Shown piece after piece: positions 18,101 through 26,900 of a stretch of 64,000 nucleotides of DNA. Location of the stretch: the NCBI GenBank assembly GCA_965198105.1, contig OZ240240.1, positions 797,221 through 861,220 of the forward strand. The letters run 5' to 3'. The number at the start of each line of letters is the position of its first letter. The stretch's first letter is position 1. Under the pieces are notes generated by a model, which saw nothing but the letters and a program-made list of their open reading frames with translations, did no database searches and was not told the DNA's origin. The position numbers were made by a program, and so were the translations under genes. This DNA is from Dehalococcoidia bacterium (GTDB taxonomy: Bacteria > Chloroflexota > Dehalococcoidia > Lucifugimonadales > CBDBON01).

Positions 18101-19009
18101 ATGGTGTTCGAGGGGCCGTCGGGTGACGGCGATGGGCCGTACGTCGTCTGCGACGACCTGTTCAAGATATACAAGGCGGCGGAGCTGGAGGTCGTGGCTC
18201 TCAGGGGGCTTGACCTGCGGGTGGAGAGGGGAGAGGTCGTCGCGATCGTAGGCGCCAGCGGCTCCGGAAAGAGCACGCTACTGAACATCCTGGCAGGCTA
18301 CGACGCCCCGTCCGCGGGCCGCGTCTCGGTCGGCGGCAAGGACCTCCTCCGGATGAGCCCGCGCGACGTGGAGCTGTACCGGCAGCACGACGTCGGCTTC
18401 GTGTGGCAGCAGACCGGCCGTAACCTGTTTCCCTATCTGACCGTCCTGGAGAACGTCGCGCTTCCCATGATGCTGACCGGCTCGTCGGACAGCGACAGGA
18501 GGCAGCGCGCCCAGGATATGCTGGCTCTGGTTGGACTGGCGCATCGGACCGCCCACACTCCGGAGAGGCTTTCAGGAGGAGAGCAGCAGCGCGTGTCCAT
18601 CGCCGTCGCTCTGGCAAACGGCCCGCCTCTGCTGCTGGCAGACGAGCCCACGGGAGAGCTCGACGACAGCACGGCCGCCGAGGTGCTGGACCTGTTCGGG
18701 GCCATCAACCGCGAGCTCGGGACGACGGTGCTGATCGTCACCCACGACGTCGACATCGCCTACAAGGTCGGCCGGGTGGTGATGATCCGGGACGGGAAGA
18801 TGTCGACGGAGATCAGGCGGAAGATTACCTTCCGGGAGGTGACCGGCACGCCGAGGGAGCAGCCGTTGGAGGAGTTCGTCCTCGTCGACGGCAGCGGCCG
18901 GGTCCAGATACCGCGCGAGCACCTCGAGCAGCTGAAGATCAGAGACCGGGCCCGGCTGGCCGTCCGCGACGGCCGCGTCGAGCTGGTCCCTGAGGAGGAC
19001 CGGCGATGA
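18101..19009 (+). CDS. ABC transporter ATP-binding protein with a C-terminal AbrB/SpoVT-like extension
   Basis: Walker A GASGSGKST, signature LSGGEQQRVSIA, Walker B LLLADEPTGELD. About 70 extra C-terminal residues (FVLVDGSGRVQIPREHLEQLKIRDRARLAVRDGRVELVP). I prefer the ATG at 18101 to the TTG at 18083, which overlaps the permease stop. Confidence 0.85.
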   Translation: MVFEGPSGDGDGPYVVCDDLFKIYKAAELEVVALRGLDLRVERGEVVAIVGASGSGKSTLLNILAGYDAPSAGRVSVGGKDLLRMSPRDVELYRQHDVGFVWQQTGRNLFPYLTVLENVALPMMLTGSSDSDRRQRAQDMLALVGLAHRTAHTPERLSGGEQQRVSIAVALANGPPLLLADEPTGELDDSTAAEVLDLFGAINRELGTTVLIVTHDVDIAYKVGRVVMIRDGKMSTEIRRKITFREVTGTPREQPLEEFVLVDGSGRVQIPREHLEQLKIRDRARLAVRDGRVELVPEEDRR

Positions 19010-19716
19010 GCGGGCTGCATCCGATCATCGTGGCGACCGGTCTGTCCCGGACCTATCTCCTGGGCGCCGAGAAGATCAACGCGCTCCAGGAGATCGACCT
19101 GACCCTCTATCCCGGCGAGTTCGTGGCCGTCGTCGGGCGCTCGGGCTCCGGCAAGACGACGCTGCTGAACGTGCTGGCCGGTCTCGACAGGCCATCCGCC
19201 GGCCAGGTGCTGTTCGAGGGGCGGGACCTGACAGCAATGAGCGAGGACGCGCTGACCGACCTCAGACGGCACAGCGTCGGCTTCGTCTTCCAGACCTTCG
19301 GGCTGCTGCCGCTGCTGTCCGCCTTCGAGAACGTCGAGCTTCCGCTCCGGATATCGGGAGTGGCTCCTGGAGAGCGGGACTGGCGTACCAGGGAGGCGCT
19401 GGAGATGGTCGGACTGTGGCCGCGACAGGCGCATCGTCCCTACGAGCTCTCCGGCGGAGAGCAGCAGCGCGTGGCTATCGCCCGCGCCGTCGTGACACGC
19501 CCGAGGATCGTTCTGGCCGACGAGCCGACGGGGGAGCTCGACTCGGTGAACGCGCGATCGATCTTCGGGCTCTTCAAGGAGATGACGAAGACGAAAGGGA
19601 TCGCCGTGCTCGCGGCCACCCACGACTCCGCCCTGCTACAGATGGCCGACACGGTCAAGGAGCTTCGCGACGGCGCGCTGATGGAGAGGGCGGTGCTGGG
19701 ACAACGCTACCGGTGA
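19006..19716 (+). CDS. ABC transporter ATP-binding protein
   Basis: Walker A GRSGSGKTT, signature LSGGEQQRVAIA, Walker B IVLADEPTGELD. ATGA overlap with the upstream ATPase gene. Confidence 0.9.
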   Translation: MSGLHPIIVATGLSRTYLLGAEKINALQEIDLTLYPGEFVAVVGRSGSGKTTLLNVLAGLDRPSAGQVLFEGRDLTAMSEDALTDLRRHSVGFVFQTFGLLPLLSAFENVELPLRISGVAPGERDWRTREALEMVGLWPRQAHRPYELSGGEQQRVAIARAVVTRPRIVLADEPTGELDSVNARSIFGLFKEMTKTKGIAVLAATHDSALLQMADTVKELRDGALMERAVLGQRYR

Positions 19717-19749
19717 TCCTACTCCGGCCGTACCGGCGTCAGGGCGGGC

Positions 19750-20100
19750 TTAAGAAGACCGGCCTTCGATAGCGGCCAGCGCCGAGGGGATATCCTGATG
19801 GATGGGGATGACCAGGTGGAATCCGATCTTCTCGAATACCTGGTATATGTAGGGTCTGAGATTGCAGATGTGGAGACTGCGGCCGCTCTTCTTCAACTCT
19901 CTGGAGAGTAGCAGGAACACACGAAGACCGGCAGTCGTGAGATAGGTGACCTCTGAGGTGTCTATGATGACATCACGGTCGCCATTGGCGACGGCGCGCA
20001 TGGCGTCAGCCTCAAATACGTCGGCGGTGAGTACGTTGATGCGCCCCCAGGCCCGCATCAGAAGCGCGGGACCGCAGGACTCGACGATGTCAGCCATCAT
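19750..20100 (-). CDS. STAS domain protein (anti-sigma-factor antagonist family)
   Basis: 116 aa. VIIDTSEVTYLTTAGLRVFLLLSRELKKSGRSLHICNLRPYIYQVFEKIGF is a typical SpoIIAA-like STAS pattern. Visibly AT-richer than its neighbours. Confidence 0.75.
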   Translation of the reverse strand: MMADIVESCGPALLMRAWGRINVLTADVFEADAMRAVANGDRDVIIDTSEVTYLTTAGLRVFLLLSRELKKSGRSLHICNLRPYIYQVFEKIGFHLVIPIHQDIPSALAAIEGRSS

Positions 20101-20354
20101 GGGGTGGTTCCTCTGCTGGGTGTCTCAGTCTCGATGATTGAAGGGACGCCGAGGGAGTACCCCTGCCGACGAAGCTCCGGGCAATTGACCTTTGCACACT
20201 TCCGACGGCTTGTCAATCCCACGATTCGCTTTCAGAATCGTGTTAGCGCAGTCGCCTCGGGACGGTTGACAGCAGTCCGTCCAAAGGCGCAGCATCTTGG
20301 TGACCTTCGATCGTAAATGGCTCGTCGTGATAATGCGGCCGGGAGACTCAGAGG

Positions 20355-21401
20355 ATGAAGGACATCCTTCCCGATCTGAACCTGTGGCAGAGCCAGGGCG
20401 AGGAGATCGCCCTGGCGACCGTGGTTCGAGTACGGCGTTCGGCCCCAAGACCGCCCGGCGCGCGCCTGTGCGTAACGCGCAGCGGACGCATGTCCGGCTC
20501 GGTGAGCGGCGGCTGCGTCGAGGCCGATGTCTTCGAAAGGGCGGTGCGGGTCCTCGACAGTCGTAGTCCGGAGGTGGTGAACTACGGCATAGCAGACGAA
20601 TTGGCGTTCCAGGTGGGGCTGAGCTGCGGCGGCTCGATCGATGTTCTGATAGAGCCCTTTGCCTCCGGTAGCGAGTGGGACGCCATGCGCCGGTCCGTGG
20701 AGCAGGGACAGCCGGCCGTCTACGCTATCGGCCTAGCCCCCGAGGCACTGCTCGGCCGCAAGCTGACGAGGTTGAGCGAAGGCCGGTCTGTAGGCTCCAT
20801 CGCCCCGCCTATCGACAGCCGTATCGCCGAAGAGGGCGACCGGCTTCTGCGGACAGGGGGAGCGACGGTGGTCGATCTCCCTTGGAAGGATGAGCAGGCC
20901 CGGGTATTCGTAGAGGCGTTCCGTCCGCCACCCGACCTCGTAATCGTCGGGGCCACCCACACCGCCGTCTCTCTGTGCCGTATGGCCGCAGAAGTGGGCT
21001 TCCAGGTGACCGTCATAGACGCCCGCAGCGCGCTGGCGACGCCGGAGCGTTTCCCTGACGCCCACCGCCTGATCCGCGCCTGGCCGGACGAAGCACTGGC
21101 GCAGGTGTCGCTGGGTGACCACTCCTCCCTGGTTGTGCTGACCCATGACCCGAAGTTCGACGTGCCCGCCCTGGCGTGCGTTCTCCGCTCCCAGGCCCGC
21201 TACATCGGCGCGCAGGGCAGCCGAGTCACCCACGAGGGACGGAAGCGGCAGTTGAGTCGGCAGGGCTTCGACGATGAAGACCTGGCCCGGATCCGGGCTC
21301 CCGTCGGACTGGACATAGGCTCCCGCACTCCCGCCGAGCTGGCCGTAGCCATCCTGGCGGAGGTGCTGGCCGTCCAGTACGACCGGGCCTCAGAGGTCTA
21401 G
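20355..21401 (+). CDS. XdhC/CoxI family molybdoenzyme maturation protein
   Basis: 348 aa. N-terminal XdhC_CoxI pattern (IALATVVRVRRSAPRPPGARLCV...GSVSGGCVE) and a Rossmann-like C domain (DLVIVGATHTAVSL). Confidence 0.8.
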   Translation: MKDILPDLNLWQSQGEEIALATVVRVRRSAPRPPGARLCVTRSGRMSGSVSGGCVEADVFERAVRVLDSRSPEVVNYGIADELAFQVGLSCGGSIDVLIEPFASGSEWDAMRRSVEQGQPAVYAIGLAPEALLGRKLTRLSEGRSVGSIAPPIDSRIAEEGDRLLRTGGATVVDLPWKDEQARVFVEAFRPPPDLVIVGATHTAVSLCRMAAEVGFQVTVIDARSALATPERFPDAHRLIRAWPDEALAQVSLGDHSSLVVLTHDPKFDVPALACVLRSQARYIGAQGSRVTHEGRKRQLSRQGFDDEDLARIRAPVGLDIGSRTPAELAVAILAEVLAVQYDRASEV

Positions 21402-22378
21402 GTAGCCCTCTGAAGGGAGTGGGAGTCGGGGTCCCGCTCGAACTCTTCCTTGCAGCCGAGACAGCAGAAGTAGAAGGTGGTCCCGTTGTGTTTGGACGAG
21501 TACCGGGACCCGGCCACGGCGACCGTCATGCTGCATATGGGGTCTACGGACTCGGCTCTGGCGGACTCGGCCGTAGGCTCCAGGGAGACCCCCTGCCCAG
21601 TGGCGCGCATCCTCTGGACGATCTCGGTCAATATGCTCAGGGCGATCTCTTCCGGCGTCTCGGCTCCGATATCCAGACCCGCCGGACATTTGACCCGCTC
21701 CAGCGCCTCGGGCGGAAAGCCCTTGCCCCGGAGATGTTCGATCACCGCCCGTCCTCGTCGAGGGCTGGCAACCAGTCCGACATAGCCGGCGTCGCCGCTG
21801 AGCACGGCGTCGAGAGCCTCTTCGTCGTAGTGCCCCATCGTAGCCACCACCACGTGAGTACCAGGCCCGATTTTTCCCGTGACGGCTTCCAGCCTTTGGA
21901 CCACGGTGTCGGCGTCGGGGAAGAGGTCCTCGGTGGCGGACGGATCGCAGGCGCAGACCCGGAACCCGAGACCGTGAGCCAGCATGGCAAGGCTGCGCGC
22001 CATCGGCGACCGCCCGATCACAACCAGCTGGGGCCTGGGCAGAAAAGGCTCCACGTAGATAGCCAGGGTGCCTTCACTCTGGCACGTCATGGGGATGGCT
22101 ACCGTCCCCTCCAGCCCGATGTCCATCTCTTCCGGGTTGGGCGCCAGGAGCACCAGCCGGGACTGGCCATCCCGTAAGGCCTCCAGTGACTCCCGGGTAA
22201 CTACAGGCTGGGCGCAACTCCCTCCGACCCAGCCGTGGAAGCTTCCGTCCGCCTGGACGATGGCCCTGGCCCCAGGTTTCGCAGAGGTGGGCGGCTTGCA
22301 GGCCACGACGGTCGCAAGAGCGAAGGGCCTGCCCTGGCTCTTCAAGACAGCGACCTGTTCCAACAGGTCGTCGAACAT
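21398..22378 (-). CDS. XdhC/CoxI family protein fused to a C-terminal YHS/TRASH metal-binding domain
   Basis: Starts at MFDDLLEQ (ATG 22376-22378), 14 nt after the coxL stop. XdhC pattern is FALATVVACKPPTSAKPGARAIV...GWVGGSCAQ, with LVVIGRSPMARSL. The tail DPICSMTVAVAGSRYSSKHNGTTFYFCCLGCKEEFERDPDSH matches the YHS pattern. The track ORF extension to 23002 overlaps coxL. Confidence 0.75.
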   Translation of the reverse strand: MFDDLLEQVAVLKSQGRPFALATVVACKPPTSAKPGARAIVQADGSFHGWVGGSCAQPVVTRESLEALRDGQSRLVLLAPNPEEMDIGLEGTVAIPMTCQSEGTLAIYVEPFLPRPQLVVIGRSPMARSLAMLAHGLGFRVCACDPSATEDLFPDADTVVQRLEAVTGKIGPGTHVVVATMGHYDEEALDAVLSGDAGYVGLVASPRRGRAVIEHLRGKGFPPEALERVKCPAGLDIGAETPEEIALSILTEIVQRMRATGQGVSLEPTAESARAESVDPICSMTVAVAGSRYSSKHNGTTFYFCCLGCKEEFERDPDSHSLQRAT

Positions 22379-22392
22379 CTTTGGACCTGCCG

Positions 22393-24756
22393 TTACTCGG
22401 TCACTCCGTTGTCCCGGAGGATCTTCCACACCTTGGCTGAGGTGATGGGGATATCGATATTGCGCACCCCCAGATGCCAGAGGGCGTCCACGACGGCGTT
22501 GGCTATGGCCGCCGGAGCGCCGACCGTGGCCGACTCGCCGATGCCCTTGGCGCCGAGCGGATGATGTGGAGAGGGAGTGCAGGTCTTGTCGGTCTCCCAC
22601 ATCGGCGTCTCCACGGCGGTCGGCAGCAGGTAGTCCATGAAGGTGCTGGTCAGGTTCTGGCCGTTCTCGTCGTACACGATCTCCTCGTAGAGGGCGGGCG
22701 CCAGGCCCATCGTCAGGCCTCCGTGGACCTGCCCTTCCACGATCATCGGGTTGATGATGTTGCCGCAGTCGTCCACCGCCACGAAGCGGCGTATCTTGAC
22801 CTCGCCGGTGCCCTTGTCGATGTCCACGACGCAGATGTAGCTGCCGAAGGGGTAGGTGAGGTTGGGCGGATCGTACGAGGAGTGGGCCTCCAACCCGGCC
22901 TCCATGCCGGGCGGATGGTCGGTGTAGGCGGCGAAGGCGATCTCCTGGATCGTCTTGGCACGGTCTGGAGCGCCCCGCACGAAGAATCTGCCGGGCTCCC
23001 ACTCCAGGTCCTCCTCGCTCACGTCGAGGAGGTAGCTGGCGATGGTCCTGGCCTTGTCCCGAATCTTCCGGGCCGCGACGGCCCCGGCGGCTCCCGCGGT
23101 GGGAGTGCTGCGGCTGGCATAGGTACCCAGGCCATAGGGAGCGGTATCGGTATCTCCCTCTTCCACCGCAATGTCGCCTACCGGGATACCGAGCTCCTCG
23201 GCGATGATCTGGGCGTAGGTGGTCTCGTGTCCCTGGCCCTGGGAGCGGGTGCCGAAGCGGGCGATGGCCTTGCCGGTGGGGTGTATCCGGATGTCGGCGC
23301 TGTCGAACATCTTGATCCCCAGGATGTCGAAGTGGCGCGAGGGCCCGGCCCCCACGATCTCGGTGAAGCTGGATATGCCGACGCCCATCAGCTCTCCCTG
23401 CGCCCGCTTCTCGGCCTGCTCGCGGCGCAGATCGGCGTAGCCGATGATCTCAATCGCCTTTTCCAGCGCCCCCTGATAGTCGCCGCTGTCGTACTCCCAG
23501 CCCAAGGCTGATCTATAGGGGAAGGCCTCCGGCTTGACGAAGTTCTTCATGCGAAACTCGGCCGGGTCGATCCCCAGCTGGTGGGCCACGATGTCGGCCA
23601 TGCGCTCCACCGCGTACACCGCTTCGGTGACCCGGAAGGAGCAGCGGTAGGCTATTCCTCCGGGAGGCTTGTTGGTGTATACGCCGTCAACCTCGACGAA
23701 GGCGTCGGTGAAGTCGTAGGAGCCGGTGCAGATATGGAACAGGCCGGCCGGGAACTTGGACGGATTGGCCGCCGCGTCGGTATAGCCGTGGTCGGCCACG
23801 GTCTTGATTCGCAGCGCTTCCATCGTCCCGTCCCGGCGGGCGGCCACCTCCGCGGAGATGTGGTAGTCCCGGGCGAAGGAGTCGGCCATCAGGTTCTCCA
23901 TCCGGTCCTCGACCCACTTCACCGGCTGCCCGGTGAGGAAGGAGGCGGCAATCGCCAGCACGTAGCCGGGATAGATCGGCACCTTGCCTCCGAAGCCCCC
24001 GCCGATGTCCGGTGAGATGACCCGTATCTTGTGCTCGGCGAGCCCCAGGTGTCCGGCCACCAGCGCTATGACGGTCCGTATCGCGTGGGGAGCCTGGGTG
24101 GTCATCCACACGGTCAGCTTCTCCTGGACCGGGTCCCACTGAGCGACGCAGCCGCAGGTCTCGATGGAGGAGACGTGGATGCGGGGTATGTAGATGTCCT
24201 CCTTGACCGTGACGTCGCTCCGGCGGAAGGCCCGGTCGGTACGATCCCGGTCCCCCACCTCCCAGTGCCAGATGTGGTTGCTCTTCTTCTCCTTGTCCTC
24301 CCTGACTATGGTGGCGTCCGGATCCAGGGCCTTGAAGGGATCGACCACCACCGGCAGAGGGTCGTACTCCACCTCAACCGCGGCGACGCCGTCGGCGGCG
24401 GTGTACCGGTCCGTGGCCAGCACGGCGGCCACCTCCTGCCCGTCGAACTTGACGGTATCCACGGGCAGGACCATCTGAGTATCACCCATCAGCGTGGGCA
24501 TCCAGGCCAGGTTGTACTGCTCCAGGTCCTTGCCGGTGATGACCGCGAGAACCCCCGGCACGGCGAGGGCCTTCTCGGTGTCGATGCTCACGATACGGGC
24601 GTGGGCCATCGGACTGCGGACGATGTCTAGGTGGAGCATCCCGGGGAGCTTGAAGTCGTCTACGTAGCTGCCCTTGCCGCGGATGAAGCGGGGGTCCTCC
24701 TTGCGGCGGACCGAGTGGCCCATGCCGCCGATCTCAGGCGGTGTTCGCGTAGTCAT
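22393..24756 (-). CDS. coxL: Aerobic carbon monoxide dehydrogenase large subunit, form I (Mo-Cu)
   Basis: 787 aa from [29 protein letters not shown]. The form-I active-site loop GGIAYRCSFR is encoded at 23632-23655. The start overlaps the coxS stop (ATGA). M-S-L gene order. Confidence 0.85.
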   Translation of the reverse strand: MTTRTPPEIGGMGHSVRRKEDPRFIRGKGSYVDDFKLPGMLHLDIVRSPMAHARIVSIDTEKALAVPGVLAVITGKDLEQYNLAWMPTLMGDTQMVLPVDTVKFDGQEVAAVLATDRYTAADGVAAVEVEYDPLPVVVDPFKALDPDATIVREDKEKKSNHIWHWEVGDRDRTDRAFRRSDVTVKEDIYIPRIHVSSIETCGCVAQWDPVQEKLTVWMTTQAPHAIRTVIALVAGHLGLAEHKIRVISPDIGGGFGGKVPIYPGYVLAIAASFLTGQPVKWVEDRMENLMADSFARDYHISAEVAARRDGTMEALRIKTVADHGYTDAAANPSKFPAGLFHICTGSYDFTDAFVEVDGVYTNKPPGGIAYRCSFRVTEAVYAVERMADIVAHQLGIDPAEFRMKNFVKPEAFPYRSALGWEYDSGDYQGALEKAIEIIGYADLRREQAEKRAQGELMGVGISSFTEIVGAGPSRHFDILGIKMFDSADIRIHPTGKAIARFGTRSQGQGHETTYAQIIAEELGIPVGDIAVEEGDTDTAPYGLGTYASRSTPTAGAAGAVAARKIRDKARTIASYLLDVSEEDLEWEPGRFFVRGAPDRAKTIQEIAFAAYTDHPPGMEAGLEAHSSYDPPNLTYPFGSYICVVDIDKGTGEVKIRRFVAVDDCGNIINPMIVEGQVHGGLTMGLAPALYEEIVYDENGQNLTSTFMDYLLPTAVETPMWETDKTCTPSPHHPLGAKGIGESATVGAPAAIANAVVDALWHLGVRNIDIPITSAKVWKILRDNGVTE

Positions 24757-25259
24757 CACGCACTCCTCTCGCGCAGCTTCCCGGCCGCGGACTGGTAGGC
24801 TTTGACGATGTTCACGTACCCGGTGCAGCGGCACAGATTGCCGGAGGTGGCCGTCCTGATCTCGTCGTCGGACGGGCTGGGGTTGTCCTGCAGGAACGCG
24901 TAGCCGGTAATCATCATCCCCGGAGTGCAGAACCCGCACTGCAGTCCGTGCTCCTCGGTGAAGGCCTCCTGGATCGGGTGCAGCTCTCCGCCCTGCTCCA
25001 GGCCCTCGACCGTCATCACCTCGCGGCCGTTGGCCTGGACGGCGAACACCGTGCACGACTTTACGGGCTTTCCGTCCAGCAGGACGGTGCAAGCTCCGCA
25101 GTGCGTCGTATCGCAGCCGATGTGAGTTCCGGTCAGGCCCAGCGTCTCGCGGATGAAGTGGACCAGCAGGAGCCTGGGCTCCACCTCCCCGGTTCGCGCC
25201 TCTCCGTTAACCGTGACCTCGATCCGAACCGTGGTCGCCGCGCTCGCTTCCGTGGTCAT
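24756..25259 (-). CDS. coxS: CO dehydrogenase small subunit, [2Fe-2S]
   Basis: 167 aa. Cys clusters [12 protein letters not shown] and [11 protein letters not shown]...CRCTGY. Confidence 0.9.
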   Translation of the reverse strand: MTTEASAATTVRIEVTVNGEARTGEVEPRLLLVHFIRETLGLTGTHIGCDTTHCGACTVLLDGKPVKSCTVFAVQANGREVMTVEGLEQGGELHPIQEAFTEEHGLQCGFCTPGMMITGYAFLQDNPSPSDDEIRTATSGNLCRCTGYVNIVKAYQSAAGKLRERSA

Positions 25260-25296
25260 GTTCGACCTCCTGGGACCGGCGAGATTCCCCGCACCA

Positions 25297-26160
25297 CTAG
25301 CCGAGCCGCTCTAAAGCCAGCCGGAGCGCCCGGCCGGCCAGCACCCTCACCATGTCGCGCTTGTACTCTACGGAGCCTCGCAGGTCCGCCGACGGCTGAG
25401 CCTCCTCCGACGCCAGCCGTGCGGCCTCTCGAATCGTCTCGTCGTCCAGCCTCTTTCCCACAAGGAAGGACTCGGCGGTCGTGGCCTTGATGGGCACGGG
25501 CCCTGCGTTGGTGAGACCGATGCCGACCTGTCGGCACACTCCTTCGTCCACGGTGATTACGGCGGCCACCCCGGCGATGGCGTAGTCTCCAACCTTCCGC
25601 TCCAGCTTGAGATATGCGCCGCCGCTGCCCAGCGGGGGTGTGGGAACTCTTATCTCCGTGAGGATTTCGCCCTGATCGAGTGCAGTAGTGAGAGGTCCTT
25701 CGAAGAGGTCGGAGACCGGAATCACCCGCTCCCCTGCGGGTCCCCTGGCGGCCACCTGCGCCCCAAGAGCCAGCATAGTCGCGGGGTGATCGTTCCCCGG
25801 GTCTCCATGGGCCAGGTTGCCGCCCACGGTAGCCATGTTGCGGACCAGCGGGTCGGCGATGACGGCGGTGGTGTCGCACAGGATGGGATATTTGGCCCGG
25901 ACCATCTCCGAGTTGTCGAGATCGGCCTCCCGGGTGAGGCTTCCGATGCGGAGGAAGCCGTCGCCCTCGCTGATATCGTCCAGCCCGGGTATACGGTTGA
26001 TGTCCACAAGATAGGCGGGAGCGGCCAGCTGCAGCTTCATCAGCGGGATCAGGCTCTGCCCCCCGGCCAGCACCTTGGCGTCCGGGCCGTGCTCTTCGAG
26101 CAGGGAGATCGCTTCATCCAGCGTTTCAGGGGCGAGGTAGTCGAACCGGGGTGGTATCAT
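25297..26160 (-). CDS. coxM: CO dehydrogenase medium subunit, FAD-binding
   Basis: 287 aa. [16 protein letters not shown] and [12 protein letters not shown] are the FAD_binding_5 pattern. First gene of the coxMSL order. Confidence 0.85.
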   Translation of the reverse strand: MIPPRFDYLAPETLDEAISLLEEHGPDAKVLAGGQSLIPLMKLQLAAPAYLVDINRIPGLDDISEGDGFLRIGSLTREADLDNSEMVRAKYPILCDTTAVIADPLVRNMATVGGNLAHGDPGNDHPATMLALGAQVAARGPAGERVIPVSDLFEGPLTTALDQGEILTEIRVPTPPLGSGGAYLKLERKVGDYAIAGVAAVITVDEGVCRQVGIGLTNAGPVPIKATTAESFLVGKRLDDETIREAARLASEEAQPSADLRGSVEYKRDMVRVLAGRALRLALERLG

Positions 26161-26189
26161 GAGGCCCTCCTTTGCAGGCTGGGAGCCCC

Positions 26190-26218
26190 AATGTAATCCC
26201 GCGGGAGCCGAAAGTCAA
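26190..26218 (-). promoter_or_regulatory. Candidate sigma70-type promoter for coxMSL
   Basis: Minus strand reads TTGACT-N17-TACATT, about 30 nt upstream of the coxM ATG, which has an AAGGAGG RBS. Confidence 0.4.
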
Positions 26219-26256
26219 TCCGATCTCAAATGACAACAGGGGAGGACGATTCCTGT

Positions 26257-26661
26257 CTACCCAGATAGGGATGGAGCAATGATCTCGCAGATGGGGCCGC
26301 TAGCGCGGCTGAGCTTTCGGTCGAGCGTCACCAGCGGGCAATCCAGCGCCTCCGCCAGCGCAACGTACCATGCGTCATAGCTAGTCAGGTTGCCACGCAA
26401 CGCCCATATCCGCTCAGCGAAAGGAGCGAAGGGAAACAGCTCCATGTCTAGCCGCAGCAGATCTCCATGGGCGCTGGTAGCTTCTATCCGCGATATCTGC
26501 CCACTCCGCTCCAGTCGGCGCAGGATGTTGCTGACCTCGACTAGAGCAAGCTCAGGACAAGCAAGGTGGCCTTCGGCAAGTGTAGATTCTGCCCACTTGC
26601 CCTCGCGTCCCGAGTCGGCCAGTGCTGCGACGAGCACGGACGCGTCGACGACTGTCGTCAA
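26257..26661 (-). CDS. vapC: Type II toxin-antitoxin system VapC family toxin (PIN domain)
   Basis: 134 aa. N-terminal VVDASVLVAAL (PIN Asp). 4-nt overlap with the upstream antitoxin gene. Confidence 0.8.
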   Translation of the reverse strand: MTTVVDASVLVAALADSGREGKWAESTLAEGHLACPELALVEVSNILRRLERSGQISRIEATSAHGDLLRLDMELFPFAPFAERIWALRGNLTSYDAWYVALAEALDCPLVTLDRKLSRASGPICEIIAPSLSG

Positions 26662-26894
26662 GTTCGATCCGCGTCACGGGAGCGAAGGATGCGGTACGGT
26701 TGTACCCGTGTCGCTGCCACTGCCTTCCGGTCGCGAACCCCTTGCAACCATGAGGCTACGGAGGGCCGTGACGCGATGCGCTCCAGCTCGCATCGCAAGA
26801 ATTCTTGCATGGACTGGCGTTGGAGCGCGGCGCGCACCGCGAGCTCGTCGCGAACTTCTTCAGGGACGCCCCTTATCGTAATCTGCACCGGCAT
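26658..26894 (-). CDS. vapB: Ribbon-helix-helix (FitA/Arc-like) antitoxin
   Basis: 78 aa. MPVQITIRGVPEEVRDELAVRAALQRQSMQEFLRCEL is a typical RHH antitoxin N-terminus. Confidence 0.75.
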   Translation of the reverse strand: MPVQITIRGVPEEVRDELAVRAALQRQSMQEFLRCELERIASRPSVASWLQGVRDRKAVAATRVQPYRILRSRDADRT

Positions 26895-26900
26895 GACTGC

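Noticed and set aside
21398-21401. Convergent xdhC genes sharing a palindromic CTAG as both stop codons
   Set aside because: The observation is real but most likely a trivial consequence of tight convergent packing. There is no structure suggesting regulation.
22379-23002. N-terminal extensions of track ORFs: 21398-23002 (534 aa), 22393-25092 (899 aa), 54995-56935 (646 aa), 52997-54466 (489 aa), 39733-40659 (308 aa), 41262-42533 (423 aa) and 49231-50301 (356 aa)
   Set aside because: The extensions overlap upstream genes or promoter elements and have artefactual composition. Internal starts with RBS or stop-start coupling reproduce canonical family N-termini.
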